A stretch of 64,000 nucleotides of DNA from Mytilus trossulus (taxonomy: Eukaryota): the NCBI RefSeq assembly GCF_036588685.1, contig NC_086376.1, positions 30,628,001 through 30,692,000 of the forward strand, written 5' to 3'. The stretch's first letter is position 1. Each line of letters begins with the position of its first letter. Positions 13,414-28,400 of the stretch are shown here, in pieces. The translations under genes were made by a program, and so were the position numbers. The notes beneath the pieces are model-generated. The model had not been told where the DNA came from. It made no database searches and saw only the letters and a list, made by a program, of their open reading frames with translations.

Positions 13414-16400
13414 TTACACCCTATCTAGTGCACATGTGAACTCTGTAAGGTTGAGTTGGTCTACATTTTCACCAACACAATGGCTCTTCTTGTGGAAGAA
13501 TTTACAGCAAGTAATGCACTTCACCTAAAAAAAGGAATATAAATATGTGATATAATTCCTGGTTACACCTTTTCTTGTACTTTATCATCTTGATATTTTT
13601 TAAAGACAAGTTCTCTGTATAAAGCCTTGTACTAATATTGATTTGATTGTTAAAAGTTCAATCCAAAGTACATAATTATCAACAAGTGATAATAATAAGT
13701 TATTAATCAAATATCTTTTTCTATAACTGCTATTCTATGGGGGTTATTAATCTATCATGCTTTTTTATAAGTTGAAAAAGAAGGGATCATGAAAATTCAA
13801 AGCTTTAAGGTAATCTAAATTTATAAATGAACAAGTTTTCAAAATATGTCAAATAAAATGTAAATACTTGCATTAAATTTTAAAACTTTTAAAAATTCAG
13901 GCCTTCACAATATTAAGATATAAGCTACACCTATCACCAAACAAATACATTGCTACAAAATACATTTTAAGTCAGATGTTAATGTGACTAAAATACCTTA
14001 TGGGAATAAACCTGGCTCTTATCTATCTAAAAAAAAATCTTGAGTAATTTGTTTTCTTTGTTGATAATGACAATCACAAAATGTTTATGACATTGTAGTG
14101 ACAATGTTGTATGTTAAGCAGAGGAATGAGCACTGTCAAATGTATTAATAGAGCATGATTTTTTTTTTTAAATCTGTGGTGCTGTCTTTTTTGGTAGCTG
14201 CCATGAATGTTTGCATTTAACAAAATAAAAATGTCATTTTCTTTTCTGACAAAAAATGTAAATTAACATAATTATAAGATGAAGACAGTTTAAAATAGTA
14301 CCAAGGGTTCTGCAACTGGGTTGGTGTGGTAACCACAACAAGGACAGCAGCCTTCCATATATCCTGTAATAGAAAAAATAAGTTATTAAGAGTTAAATGT
14401 GGAATAAAAGTTATCACACATTAATATTCAAAAGTAAAAATTATTAAGTTAACATTTTTATATAATTCTTCAGTTCTGGAAGTAGATCAAGAAAAAGACA
14501 GATAATTGTGTGAATCATTGGTTTCATCAAAAAGCAAATAAGATTAAACAAAATCTGGTACATTTAATATGTAATAAAATGCCATTAGAATGATTGAAAG
14601 TTACCTTCAAACATCATCAGACTGCGGGCAATACTTTTCCTTTTCTGATTCGATTCAGCTGGCGTTATATGTAACGAAGTTCTAGCCAGGTATTTGTCTG
14701 CAAACTTATAAAAAAAATCAAATTATACACTTAATTAAAGTAGCCCAAAGGTTTTGTATATTTACTGTAATATGTTTTTATGAACAGTAACTAGTAACAG
14801 TTTGTATGTATACAACAGGGATCATGTACTGCCAAATACTGATACCCCATGTAGGCAATGAATGTGAATATGCATTGTACAGTATCAAAGTGTACTCAAT
14901 TCTAATTTTTAAGGAAGTTCTGATTAGCCAAACGGGGATGAAATTAAATTAATTTCTTTTTCAGACAAATTTAGACAAAAATAATAGACTAATTTTAATA
15001 CAAGGCATGTGTGTAAACAGACAAAATAAATTCCTTTGATTGTATGTATTCCTCTTCCTTTTTCCCCTACTTATTAGTTATTGTAACAACTGATCAACTA
15101 CCCATTGTCATCTACTGGTATATGTTCTTTTATACAAAGAAATAGTAAAGTAAAGTTAAGAATTAGATAACCATAAATTAAGGGAAGAAAACTGAATCTG
15201 GTTTATCATAACACCACCAGCATTCTTTTCTTTTTATTTGAATGAGGTAAACACGTTACTAAGAAAACATATTTCTGTGAAAGAGAAAGCAGGTCAATAC
15301 AATACACACCATTAGGCAATAAATTCCACAGCTGGATCCGTCCTGTTGCTTGGAATGAGTTGGTACCTCTAGGTTCCACTCTTTATCTATAACAGCAGCA
15401 TCTGCTGGAAACTGGAGTAGAAGTTGTTCAATGAATTTTCTGAAATGAAAAAAAACAAATATGACATTGACCATTGACCAGTCACATTGGACTGATATCT
15501 TTTAGAAAAATATTTGCTAAATCCTTTTATAAACCTAATGCAACCTCACTTTCACCTTGTATAACTGAATTGCATGTAGTTTGTAAATACCCAGATGTTC
15601 CCTTTATATGACAGAAATATTCCTTGCCCAATAGGTTTAAGGAGTCATTAAAGAAATGTCATAGATGTTTCACAGTTTGAATGAAATCTGATAAGTGATG
15701 AAATATATATTTGTATGTTGAAACCAGTTCTAAGAGGTTTATAAAATTACTGTTTTTATTGCAATTGTAGGCAACATTATCAATATGTTCAAAGGATATG
15801 TACTGTGTCATATTTGAACATATATGAATATGATGACTGATTTGAATGGTTGAAGTAAAATTATTGTGCTCATTTATTAAATGTTAATTTATTATTTGTG
15901 CATTGACACAAATCGACAAATTCAAAATAATTACAGGTACATTTTGTTGTTGAGTCTTTGGTGCAGCATTGAGCATTGATATTTTTTTATTTTATTTTAC
16001 AATATTTTTAACATGTTCTTACTTCCATCTTAAAGGAACTGTCCTCATCTGGAAATCTGTTTCACCCATTGGATTAAGGAAGATAATCCTTCCATTTAAA
16101 GGTTCTATAATCTAAAATAAACAGGTTAAATAAAAAAATCTATCGCTATCTCTCCTTATAAAAGCACATGCATGCAAATCTAATATACAGTGTATTATAT
16201 AAAAAGCAAAACATCTTAACCTTTTCAGTGTAGTGTCAGTCAGTCTTATCACATTAATCTAGCATGCTATGCATTACTAAATAGTAGCGCAATGTTTCAG
16301 TCAGGGTATGGTTATGGCCTTACCATTATTAAATATGCAAGAAATAAGGAAATGTAGCTCTTATCAACAAATGTATATTTTTATAAATTGGCTTGAATGC

Positions 16401-19400
16401 CCTAACCATTTTCTGGTTCATTTCCATCTTTCTTACCTAGCATATATTATTTTGTGAATATTGAATTTGCTTTTAAATATTATATGTTATTCAGGTCTCA
16501 GACAGGGTATATACTGTGACATTCCTGGCTTAGAGTTTATATCGCCTGAGCCGAGGCGAAGGGGATATAAGCCCTAAGCCAGGAATGTCACAGTATATAA
16601 CCTTTCTGAGACCTGAATTACACATACATTACGGATTACCCCTGACTTTTAATGTTATTTTCCAGTGCAGGTAATTGTTGACAACATATATATATTGAAA
16701 AATCAAACCTGATATATTCAGCGTACGTGAAGGATTTTCTTATTTGCTGTGAACATAATTTTATCATGTATGTAATAATTTTTAATAACACTTTTAACAT
16801 TAAATTTAAGTATTAATAGTGTAAATTGCGTGATTTTGTATCAAAAATGTATTATTGACTGAAGCACGTCATTCTTTTCCCTCTGTGAGCCTCTGACAGT
16901 CTGATAGCTTTTGACTACATCACATAGTAACTGGTGTTATGATGCCTTTTTGAGGTTCCAATTGGAGAGAAAAACATGGTATAAACCCCAGCAGTTTCCT
17001 GAATATATACTGACATCTCTGTGTTGTTATCCAATCACAAACCTCGACACATTTGTAATCCGTAATATATTGATATATTTTCATAATCATTTCATTAAAC
17101 AAAATTATACTAATAGAAAAAAGATGAACACTTACCAACAAATCCCAGTGACTTCCACTTTGGTGGTATGCACCAATTATGAACTCAGTAGACATCAATA
17201 TATTCTACAAAAAAAAAAAAAAAATCAAATCATACAAAATCTTAGCACATGGAATTCATCTCCTGAATAATTCACCTCCTGAATTTCATTTCTATACAAA
17301 TAAAAATGTCTAAACAAATGAAAATATATATAAAAAATATGTTACTTAGATCACTTAGTTTTAGAAAATAGTTGTTATATTTGATAGAGTCACACATTAT
17401 ATCACTAGACAAACTACATGTAGCTTCATCAGCTCATCATTAATCAGTTAACATTAAACACTGGATGCTGTTGAGAAGTTTTTGCAGGTTATTTTACATT
17501 TCATACAAACAGATCTAATGGTTTTGTGACATTGAATAAGTTTCTTCAGGGTTCATTCTGTCGGTAAAAAAAAATAAAACTGTTTTCCCTTTTCTAAAAT
17601 GGAACGGATTATTTCTTTGACTGGATCTTAGGATCTTTTACAACAGAAATTTTAGGTAATCTGCCATAAACTCCATCTTCTTACCTTAAATATCATGTAC
17701 TGCAGCCATATTTTTTTAACACCAACAGCTCCTAGAAATTAAATTCAGACAAAACTAAATCATTGTCTCCTAATTTTCCAATACAGTATGCCATCAAACA
17801 GGACCCTCCCAAATTTGGTTTTATTGATGTACTTTATAGTATAATATAACAAAAATTGTGTTTTTAAAACAGTAATTATACAGTTCCCATATAGGAACTA
17901 TACCTTATCATTCCGTGCAGGAACATATTCCCCATTTAAAATGTTGTTGGTTGTTGTCACTAACATATGCTTTATTTTTATACCGTTTGCCATCTCTCTA
18001 TTGGCAACAAGTTCTAGGTAGGCGTCCATTATCTGAAAAAGAAAAAACAATGACAAAATACAATGTTATGCCTTAGCATAAATATATTACACATCAACAC
18101 TGAAAACCAAAAAAAATATCAGTGGTCACAGATGCTATTAATGTTGCAAAAAAAAAAAGCATCTACATTTTATCATTTAAAGAATATACTCAATTTGATT
18201 GCAATCTCCATGTATATAACATAATTGACATATATTTACTTTATCAGTAACCCAGCTGTTCTTTTTCAGAGAGTAAATATCTCCATACGTGATGCTAGTT
18301 CCATATACTTTTGCAATAAAGTAATGTGACCAGGGTGCAATTTGGTCCTCCCAAATCTTTGCTATCTTAATAGCAGCTGAAAAAGAAATATTGCTTAATC
18401 ACAACAATAAAAGAAAAAGTAGTAAATATCAAATAATCATGTGTCCCACACCTTCATTAATATGCATATTAGCAAAACAATCAAAAAAACATTGAAGATA
18501 ATAATAGAATTCATATTCATGACAAAAATCTTCTTTTTGCTAATTTGTATTGCTGATCATTTATTTTTTGTTGTTGATATCTATCTTCTTTAAAGGGCAA
18601 AGAGTTATATAAAGAGTCACATTCTAATAAGTATTATGACAAATTTTAACTTGCTTGTAGAGCTTGCCTTGCTTATCAAAGTTTCTTTTTATCTATCATA
18701 AGTTTAAAGACATAAAAAAATGGTATTTTTTTTATTACACAACAATAACTCTTATAATTGTTCAACTGACAACATAACCTTGCAAACTTAAGACATCATT
18801 TAGCCAATATAAAGATTCTCATTATCCGTCAATTTTTTACGATAATAGGCAGAAATTTAAAAAAAAAAAATGGTTAGGGCAATAACTTTAGTTATAAATA
18901 TCTCAAAATTATTCCATTACCAACCTTTTTGTCTATCAATTTCATTGGTTGACAAGGAATCATCTTCAATTGATGTTGAAACACCTTTAAAAGAAATAAG
19001 TAGACATGAAAAGGTAACCATATCTTGTCTTATATATAGTAATAAATCATATTCTGAAACAAAAACATCATGGGGTGATGCTAAGAGTTGTTATCCTGTG
19101 ATTTTGTAACTGCTGTCATCCTTTTTTTTTCTCTTGACTATTTTTTATCTATACACATAACAGGAAATTCATCTTATCAAAGGAACCCTGTCACATAAAG
19201 GGAGATAATTCAAATTATAGGGATGATTACATAGATAAAGTTAAATTATAGAATAAAAAGATGTTGTGGATTGAGCTATTTTAATATGTAGCAAGAAAAC
19301 AAGTCTGATTTTTTCTTTTATTATCTGGAAACATGATATAAAAGCTATCTTTTCAATTATATATGAAAACTCGAGGGTTAGTTCCTTTTTTCACACAAAT

Positions 19401-22400
19401 TTGGATTTACCATCCATAATCTATACAAACCTGAAATATTTGCACAGGTAATGTGAAAAAAAAATCTGGTGACTCTGGTTATTATTGAAAAAAAGATTGA
19501 TCAGAAATACATTATGACAACTTATATACACCTTAAATTAAGGGCAAAAACTTTAAATAAATTGTACAAAAAGATGAATGAATCATGTATGAATGAAACT
19601 GTACAAGTTTTTTTTATTTTTTAATGTTGGTCTGATAAAATCACCCTTACCTATCAGCTGAAAACATTTTTAATCTGAAACAATTGGACATTTGAACATA
19701 AGTGTTTCTTTTTTTCATAGCAGTTACACATTGTTAGACAACTAAGGCCAAAATTATTAAATGAATATAAGTACCTGCATCAGGACTTGAATGCTCTACA
19801 AAAGAAATAATGGAACATATAAAACAGAAAGTTAACCAATGGTTTTTGTACTTTGAGTCGATTTAATGAATTTCAACCTTATCTATCATTTATTTGTAAA
19901 AGTTGGTTTAAAGATTTTATTTTTACATCACTGATATAAATTAAGGATCAGGTTACGCACTCACAAACAAGTTTAATCCTCTCCTTAACTCTGGTTTTGT
20001 CAATTACAAGTCAGTAGCAAGCGATTGAGTAGTTTTTGGCTAATGTCTGTCCTATTCAGTATTTTTACATATATAAACCAGATTTGCTAATAGGAATTGT
20101 CTGACATTTTAGGATAAAGTTATTAAAAGCTGCTTTGCCTATAGGGTGTAGGTATTGCTTATTATCTAGGGTCCTGAAGTGACATATATTTTCTTACATC
20201 TTGTCATTTACAAATTGAATAGTGTTTTTTAAAATAACTCATAGCTGGACTAACCTGTACACATTTTCTTCGGTTGGGACTCTTTAAAATCATCATCTTC
20301 CATTCTGTCTTTTGACGTACTGCAAAGGTAAATATTAAATTGGTCAACCAGATAATTTCTTTCACCTTTATTTCTCGCATGCATTAGGTCTATGGAAATA
20401 TTTTTCCTCATACACTTTAATCATTTACCAAGAAAAATAATTTGATTATTACTGGTAATGTACAAAGTAACAAGTCATGCTTTCATTAATATATGTGTTA
20501 AAAAAATAAACAGGCATAACTCTATAGAACAATTAAAGTGACACCCCTAAAATTCAAACTTGATGCATACATTTTTAGGGGAAATAAGCATTGTCTATAA
20601 GTTTCATAACATTTATTTGAGGCAAACTGGAAACAAAAAATTCAACACTTTTTCCATTTGTAAAGATGAATTACTCTAGAACAATGAAGTTTATGTCACA
20701 AAAAATCAACCTTGATCTGTATTTTGTAGTAATTATCATTGTTCATTAGTTTTGTGTATCAGTTTCATAACATTTAGTTGAGACAATCTGATGTTAGTAA
20801 TTCAATCAAACTTTTGGATATGCAGAGATATGTATGTACAGACAGACAAGGGTAAAATTGTATGCCCCCTCCGCTATAGCAGGGCATACAAATATGCACT
20901 GTGTGTACTATATATGTTGATAAACATTTAAATTAAATAATTTTGGTTTAAACAATGACAATATCTATAGTGTATATCCAATTTTTTTCGCCAATATACC
21001 TAATCCATACCTTGTGTCTGTAAATGTTTGTTCTGATTTACTGGAACATATTCCCTGAGAAGGAAAAAAGAAGAGTGCAATATAATAGTAATTTGTTCAT
21101 CATATATTGGAATATAATTGTAGTTTTGCAAAACAGTATAAAAGGACATGCTATTATTAACATGTCATTTCTACAATGAACATTTATGATACATTTTTGC
21201 AATGAATGTGGCACAGAGATTGATACAAAACAATAAATCATTGCTTTGTTTCTTTTTATATTATTCATATATTGCAAGACACAGAATTGATATCTTCATT
21301 GTGTAGTCTTGCATATGCTAAAATGATATGGCAATTAGTTTTTACCGTTAGAGGACACTAATATCAGAACAAAATTATGTAAAGACATAGCAAATAATTT
21401 GTAAACTTCTTACCTTTAAAACAAAAGTTTTGTATGACTCAACCACAGACACACATTGCGCCCTACTTAAACGTTCTTCTGAAAAAAACAGAATAATTCT
21501 TAAAATATCTACTGGGTATAAAAGAATGGTTAGAAATACCCTTTAGAAAACACCACCAACATGTATATGCTATATAAATCTTATGTACAAAACCTTATTT
21601 ATGTTGTAGAAATTATTTTTTTTTTTTAGATTTTTAGTAAAAGTTGTAAGTGTTTAATGGAATGCTATCACAAAGAGATGACAGAAGCACACAGTCTTTT
21701 GCTATGCATATGTCTGTAAAATTTCCATGGCTATGATACAGTTACTAAATATTATTACAAAAAAATCATTTTATGAAACACAAGAAGACTTCTTATGGAT
21801 ATGATTTTGGTATAAGGAGAAAAACAAAAATAAATTAAAATCATTATGGAGGTCCTTATTTCAAGTTTGATGACAAGGAGAAAAGCACTAATTATAAGGT
21901 TTAAGTATAAAAATTTGAATTCATAAACAATAAACTGATACATTTTAGGAAATTCACTTTTATTACCTGGTGAAAACAGATATGTGTCAGAAAACTTGTG
22001 ACTGGTACAACAACCTGGTACAAATTTAAAGGTATAAACTTAAATCTTAATTAAACACAACAAATATATATATTGTTCTTTAAAACTGTTGACCTATAAC
22101 CTGTTAATTTATACAAAGGAAAGGAAAAGTGGACAGTCATATTATATATTTTCCTACAATGGGTTGTTATTGAAGTTTAATGACACATGCATTTTTTCCC
22201 TGAAATGTCCTATAAATTCAATAAATTGTTCCAAATTCTAAATGACTTACTGTTTTTGTTGTCATTTGGTGACACAAAGGGTACCTCCTCAGGGTACCAT
22301 TCTGGGGCCAACTTTCGTATACCCCAGAATCCTCTCTGTATGTTGAGCCTGCTGAAAACTGGTAAATAGAAAAAAATGTATAGTTTCAATGTATGAAAAT

Positions 22401-25400
22401 TAAAGACCTATTTGATTTGTATTATCATCTCTAACAACTTAGTTGAAGTTGATATTTGTTATGAAATTTTCTTAAAACTTTTACAGAATGGTGATTTGGT
22501 ATGTCTACAGTTTGAATTTCAAATTTTGTTCGTCAATCAAAAAACACATAATGAAAATTGAACTTACAAATTTCTGAATTGAAAGTTAAATTGTGTACCT
22601 TTCAAAAATTTAGTCTGTTAAATAGCATAATATTTATTTTTAACACACAAAAAAATTAAGTCTCAACTAGTGCCATACAAACCAAAAAAGTGTGTGAAAT
22701 TGTGTATAAATATAAAACATACATGACAATAATTAGTTATTATATAGAAAGGTATAAGCAAAGCAAAAATTATAGTCCATATATATGTAAAGAGAAAATT
22801 TCCATGACAAAATTCCACATGAATCTAAAATACTCTGCACATATCTGTTAATGTAGGATATCATATTATATATATCATCTAAAACTTTCACCAAAAACAG
22901 GATTGATATGTGTTTCTGTTGGGAAAAATTGTTTAATCATTTACCTTCAATGCCAATTCTATTTATATTAAAAGTGTTCCATATTAACATGCAATGTGCT
23001 CATTTGTAGATCTATTAGTATTATATATATATATATATATTTATAAATATGAATATAATATTTTGTCTAAACGTCAGTCTAACAATGTAAGATCTGTAAA
23101 TATATATATCTTAGTAGTATGAGTTCACATCCCATTGAGGGAAGAACAGAAAATTGGCGTATGCAATTTACAGTTTTAACATTGTTGGGCTGTTATTTTA
23201 GACAAATTATATCTATTTATATGGAAGCATGGGTATATTCACACAATATCTTTTTACAAGTATGCATAAAATGGTACAGCTAGCTAGCATTTTAAACATG
23301 AAATACTTATTTGTATATAGAATCAATGATTAAATTTTCTTTTTTTTATCAACTTAGTTTTCTCGTTTGAATTGTTTTACATTGTCCTATCGGGTCCTTT
23401 TAAACCTATATGGTATGGGCTTTGCTCATTGTTGAAGGCCATCTATTGACCTACAGTTGTCAATGTCTGTGCCATTTTTGGTCTCTTGTGGACAGTTGTC
23501 TCATTGGCATTCATACCACATCTTCTTTTTTTTATATTTGTCACATTAAACAGAATTGGATATCTTCAAAAAAGGTTGAAAATAAACATGGTATTCAATT
23601 TTTTCCATAAAATGTATGCTGGCTTCTACAGTGAATAAGTAATAAGTGCTGAATTAGGTTTTTTTCCAGAATTATGAGAAGATCAATAATATTCAGTACT
23701 AATTTTCAATAAAGAAAACAGTGTTTTAGGTTCATTTACTATTCAAGCTAAGACTAACTTGCATATAAATCTAGTAAATAATTGGGTAGTCTACTTCAAA
23801 GTTTAATGAAGGAGTAGAATGATATTATGATACAGATAAGTAGAAGCAGTCACCACAGCTAGGAACACTTAGTACAAGTTGTAGAGACACCATAAGCTAC
23901 ACATTATATAATAATCTCAAATCACAAATACTTACCAAATATAATCTCCTTTAATATAATTGTAGTGATATTGTTATAGTTAATAAAGACAAATATATAA
24001 AAAAGCAAATGATTCATACATTGCATTTAAAAAGTAATAATAGTATATCAATTTTATCTTTTTCCTATGGGGTCAGTTTTTAATTGCTTGAGGAAGCTGG
24101 AGATCTACTGACCTTCAGTACAAAAACTGATGATCGTAGTCACTTAAGATAGAAGTCAGGTACACAAGCAGGTGATGCAGCGGTAAAACAAATTAAACCA
24201 CTGGATCACCAAGTATAACTAACATTTATACATAAATGTATTAAAAATATAACTATGCTGACCAATTTTCTTTTCTATAAACAAATACTGTCCTGTTTGC
24301 AATATCATATATCATATATTATTGTAAAGACCGTTTAATGCAGTGTCATACTGTAAAAACAAAAATTTTCATGGAGGATTTTTTTTTTTTAAATTCGTGG
24401 AAAGAATATTATATCCACAAAATTGAAACCTCCAAGGAAATTTAACTTACATATGATATCACTTCCCTTTACTGGAAACCACGAATGTAAATTCCCATGA
24501 AATCTTATATAGAGACAAAACCATGAAATTTTTATCCCACTAAAAAATAAATGTTTCTGCAGTATCTGTCAACATTAAAAGGTGTAAAATGCCTAATGGT
24601 GTCTGCCTTTTTAAAAACTCATTATTGCATGTAGAAATGGTAACATCCTAAATTTGATAAATAACTGTAACAAACATGATCAAAACACTACAACTATCTA
24701 AAACTTACCATCTGTGTTGACAATATCTGCCATCACCTTCCTTATGTTATGTGTATTGGCATTGTCTATATCCATGGTTGCCACTCCTTCAAAATATGAA
24801 TATTTTTAAATGTAAAGCACATGTGTATCAGCTTGTAGTATTTGTTACATGCTTATTATTCATAGATGATATGGCATGGTTACCTGTTTTTAATATTGTC
24901 TGCCTGTTGAATAATGTATTACTTTTGTTGGAGTTGCTCTCTTAAGATTTCAACATTGCTTATGTTTGTTAGTATATCAATGTTTTCATTTTTATTGTTG
25001 CAAAGTGTTTGTCCATCTTTATTGATTTAATGAACTTGTTCATGTCTTGGCATTATCTGCATAGCACATAAAAAATTAAAAATTAAAAACATAAGAAAAT
25101 AATAATTCAATCCCAAACTTACACTTAACTATATAATCATTTATGATACATATGTCAACTTTGTCTGGGCTAAGTGGAAAAAAGAAGTTTGGCTTTGACA
25201 AAGGCTAAAAACCACACCCCATAAACCACAATATCCGTCAGATCAGAACTTTTAATTAAGGTTGCCAACAAACAAATTGCATTTGCACTCAGTATCATTA
25301 ATTAAAGGGGGAAAAAACACATTGCTCTGTACATCTTATCATTCAAAAATAAAAGAAAAATACCTAAATTTATTGAGGGTGCACAGACTTCTATCTTTGT

Positions 25401-28400
25401 TGCAGCCTGGACAAAATCATTGGCAATCCTTTGCCCAAAGCCTTTCATGTGGTCAGGACCTGAAATTACATTTATCATCAAAATATAAATACACATGTAA
25501 AAAAGGAAACTCCATGTACATTTTAAAATAAACTGTTTTGCTTATAAAAAAGATACCTTATCTTCTCAGTTGAAATTGGTAAAAATTCTATTTCTATCAA
25601 TAGCAATATTTCATACTTCAAATACTTGTGTCTTCAATAAAAATGAAACCATATCTGTGCTTACCACAAAACTCAACTGTTTTTGAATCTTTGTTAATCA
25701 TTATAGATACAATAGTATCCCCTCTGTCCAACATCTTATTCACCTGCAAGTAAAAAGAAATTTATCAAACAAACTTGAATACTAGTCAAAACAGATCAAG
25801 CGTACAGAATATCATATATACATAAAAAGACATTGATAAAAATTCTATCTATAAATTATTTTTTTAATGTAAGCCTTTGTTAAAGAACACCATTTAGAAA
25901 AAAAATCTGAGTTTCAATGTAAAAATCTAATAAAGATACTGAAACATAAAAAGAAATGACACCTATTAAATGTTTGGTAATGAAAGTTGTTGCAAAGAAT
26001 ATGAGTTATTAAAGCTACTACTGCAATTGTAATTTGATGTTGAACTTACAACTGCCTTCACCTTTTCCCAATCTTCCTCACTTTTTCTGTCCTATAAATA
26101 TATAATAGAAATTATTTACATATTGGCACAGTAATTATGCACTTCCATTTTTTGTTGTTGCAAAAACTATAACAACAAATGGGAATCAAAGATAATGAAA
26201 CATGTAACACCTGTTAATATTGTAAAACAAGATGATATGTATATACATATAATGAATTATCGATATAGAGTCTTGATATATTATCTGTGCTCATAGATAA
26301 AGGTTTATGTTGTTCTAAGAAACTATCTATTTGCCTAGTATTTGCATTATCTATGGTTCTTAGGTATAGTCTGTATGAGTTGTCTTTGGTTCTATATACA
26401 ATTTTTATGTCTTGTCTGTGGTTCTTAGGTAAAGTCTATATGTAATGTTTGTGGTTCTTATATACAGTTTATATGTCTTGTCTGTGGTTCTTAGGTACAG
26501 TTTATATGTCTTGTCTGTGGTTCTTAGGTACAGTTTATATGTAATGTTTGTGGTTCTTTTATAGTTTATATGTATTGTTTGTGGTTCTTATGTACAGTTT
26601 ATATGTCTTGTCTGTGGTTCTTAGGTACAGTTTATAAGTCTTGTCTGTGGTTCTTAGGTACAGTTTATATGTCTTGTCTGTGGTTCTTACATACAGTTTA
26701 TATGTATTGTTTGTGGTTCTTAGGTACAGTTTATATGTCTTGTCTGTGGTTCTTAGGTACAGTTTATATGTAATGTTTGTGGTTCTTTTATAGTTTATAT
26801 GTCTTGTCTGTGGTTCTTAGGTAGAGTCTTTATGTCTGTGGTTCTAAGGTAGAGTCTTTATGTCTGTGGTTCTTAGGTACAGTCTATATCTATTGTCTGT
26901 GGTTCTTAGGTATAGTCTTTATGTCTTGCCTGTGGTTCTTACATACAGTTTATATGTCTTGTTTGTGGTTCTTAGGTACAGTTTATATGTATTGTTTGTG
27001 GTTCTTAGGTACAGCTTATATGTCTTGTTTGTGGTTCTTAGGTACAGTTTATATGTCTTGTTTGTGGTTCTTAGGTACAGTTTATATGTATTGTTTGTGG
27101 TTCTTAGGTACAGTTTATAAGTCTTGTCTGTGGTTCTTAGGTACAGTTTATGTTTCTGGTCTGTGGTTCTTAGGTACAGTTTATATGTCTTGTCTGTGGT
27201 TCTTACATACAGTTTATATGTCTTGTCTGTGGTTCTTACATACAGTTTATATGTATTGTTTGTGGTTCTTAGGTACAGTTTATATGTCTTGTCTGTGGTT
27301 CTTAGGTACAGTTTATATGTATTGTTTGTGGTTCTTTTATAGTTTATATGTATTGTTTGTGGTTCTTATATACAGTTTATAAGTCTTGTCTGTGGACCTT
27401 AAGTAGAGTCATTATGTCTGTGGTTCTTAGGTAGAGTCTTTATGTCTGTGGTTCTTAGGTACAGTCTATATCTATTGTCTGTGGTTCTTAGGTATAGTCT
27501 TTATGTCTTGCCTGTGGTTCTTACATACAGTTTATATGTATTGTTTGTGGTTCTTATATACAGTTTATATGTCTTGTCTGTGGTTCTTAGGTACAGCTTA
27601 TATGTCTTGTCTGTGGTTCTTATATACAGTTTATATGTAATGTTTGTGGTTCTTTTATAGTTTATATGTCTTGTCTGTGGTTCTTAGGTAGAGTCTTTAT
27701 GTCTGTGGTTCTTAGGTAGTCTATATCTATTGTCTGTGGTTCTTAGGTATAGTCTTTATGTCTTGCCTGTGGTTCTTATATACAGTTTATATGTCTTGTC
27801 TGTGGTTCTTATGTACAGTTTATATGTCTTGTCTGCGGTTCTTTTATACAGTTTATATGTCTTGTCTGTGGTTCTAAGGTAGAGTCTTTATGTTTGTGGT
27901 TCTTATGTACAGTCTATATCTATTGTCTGTGGTTCTTAGGTACAGTTTATATGTCTTGTCTGTGGTTCTTATATACAGTTTATATGTATTGTTTGTGGTT
28001 CTTATATACAGTTTATATGTCTTGTCTGTGGTTCTTAGGTACAGCTTATATGTCTTGTCTGTGGTTCTTATATACAGTTTATATGTCTTGTCTGTGGTTC
28101 TTAGGTACAGCTTATATGTCTTGTCTGTGGTTCTTATATACAGTTTATATGTCTTGTCTGTGGTTCTTATATACAGTTTATATGTCTTGTCTGTGGTTCT
28201 TAGGTACAGCTTATATGTCTTGTCTGTGGTTCTTATATACAGTTTATATGTCTTGTCTGTGGTTCTTAGGTACAGCTTATATGTCTTGTTTGTGGTTCTT
28301 ATATACAGTTTATATGTCTTGTCTGCGGTTCTTTTATACAGTTTATATGTCTTGTCTGTGGTTCTAAGGTAGAGTCTTTATGTTTGTGGTTCTTATGTAC

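Noticed and set aside
17685-17731. 47-nt splice-bounded segment as an exon of the Ulp1 gene
   Set aside because: It contains an in-frame TGA and shifts the frame; the flanking exons join in phase 0 without it. At most a poison exon.
19651-19657. 7-nt micro-exon (TTTTCAG/CTGATAG/GTAAGG on -)
   Set aside because: Splice signals are good, but inclusion breaks the frame of the next exon.
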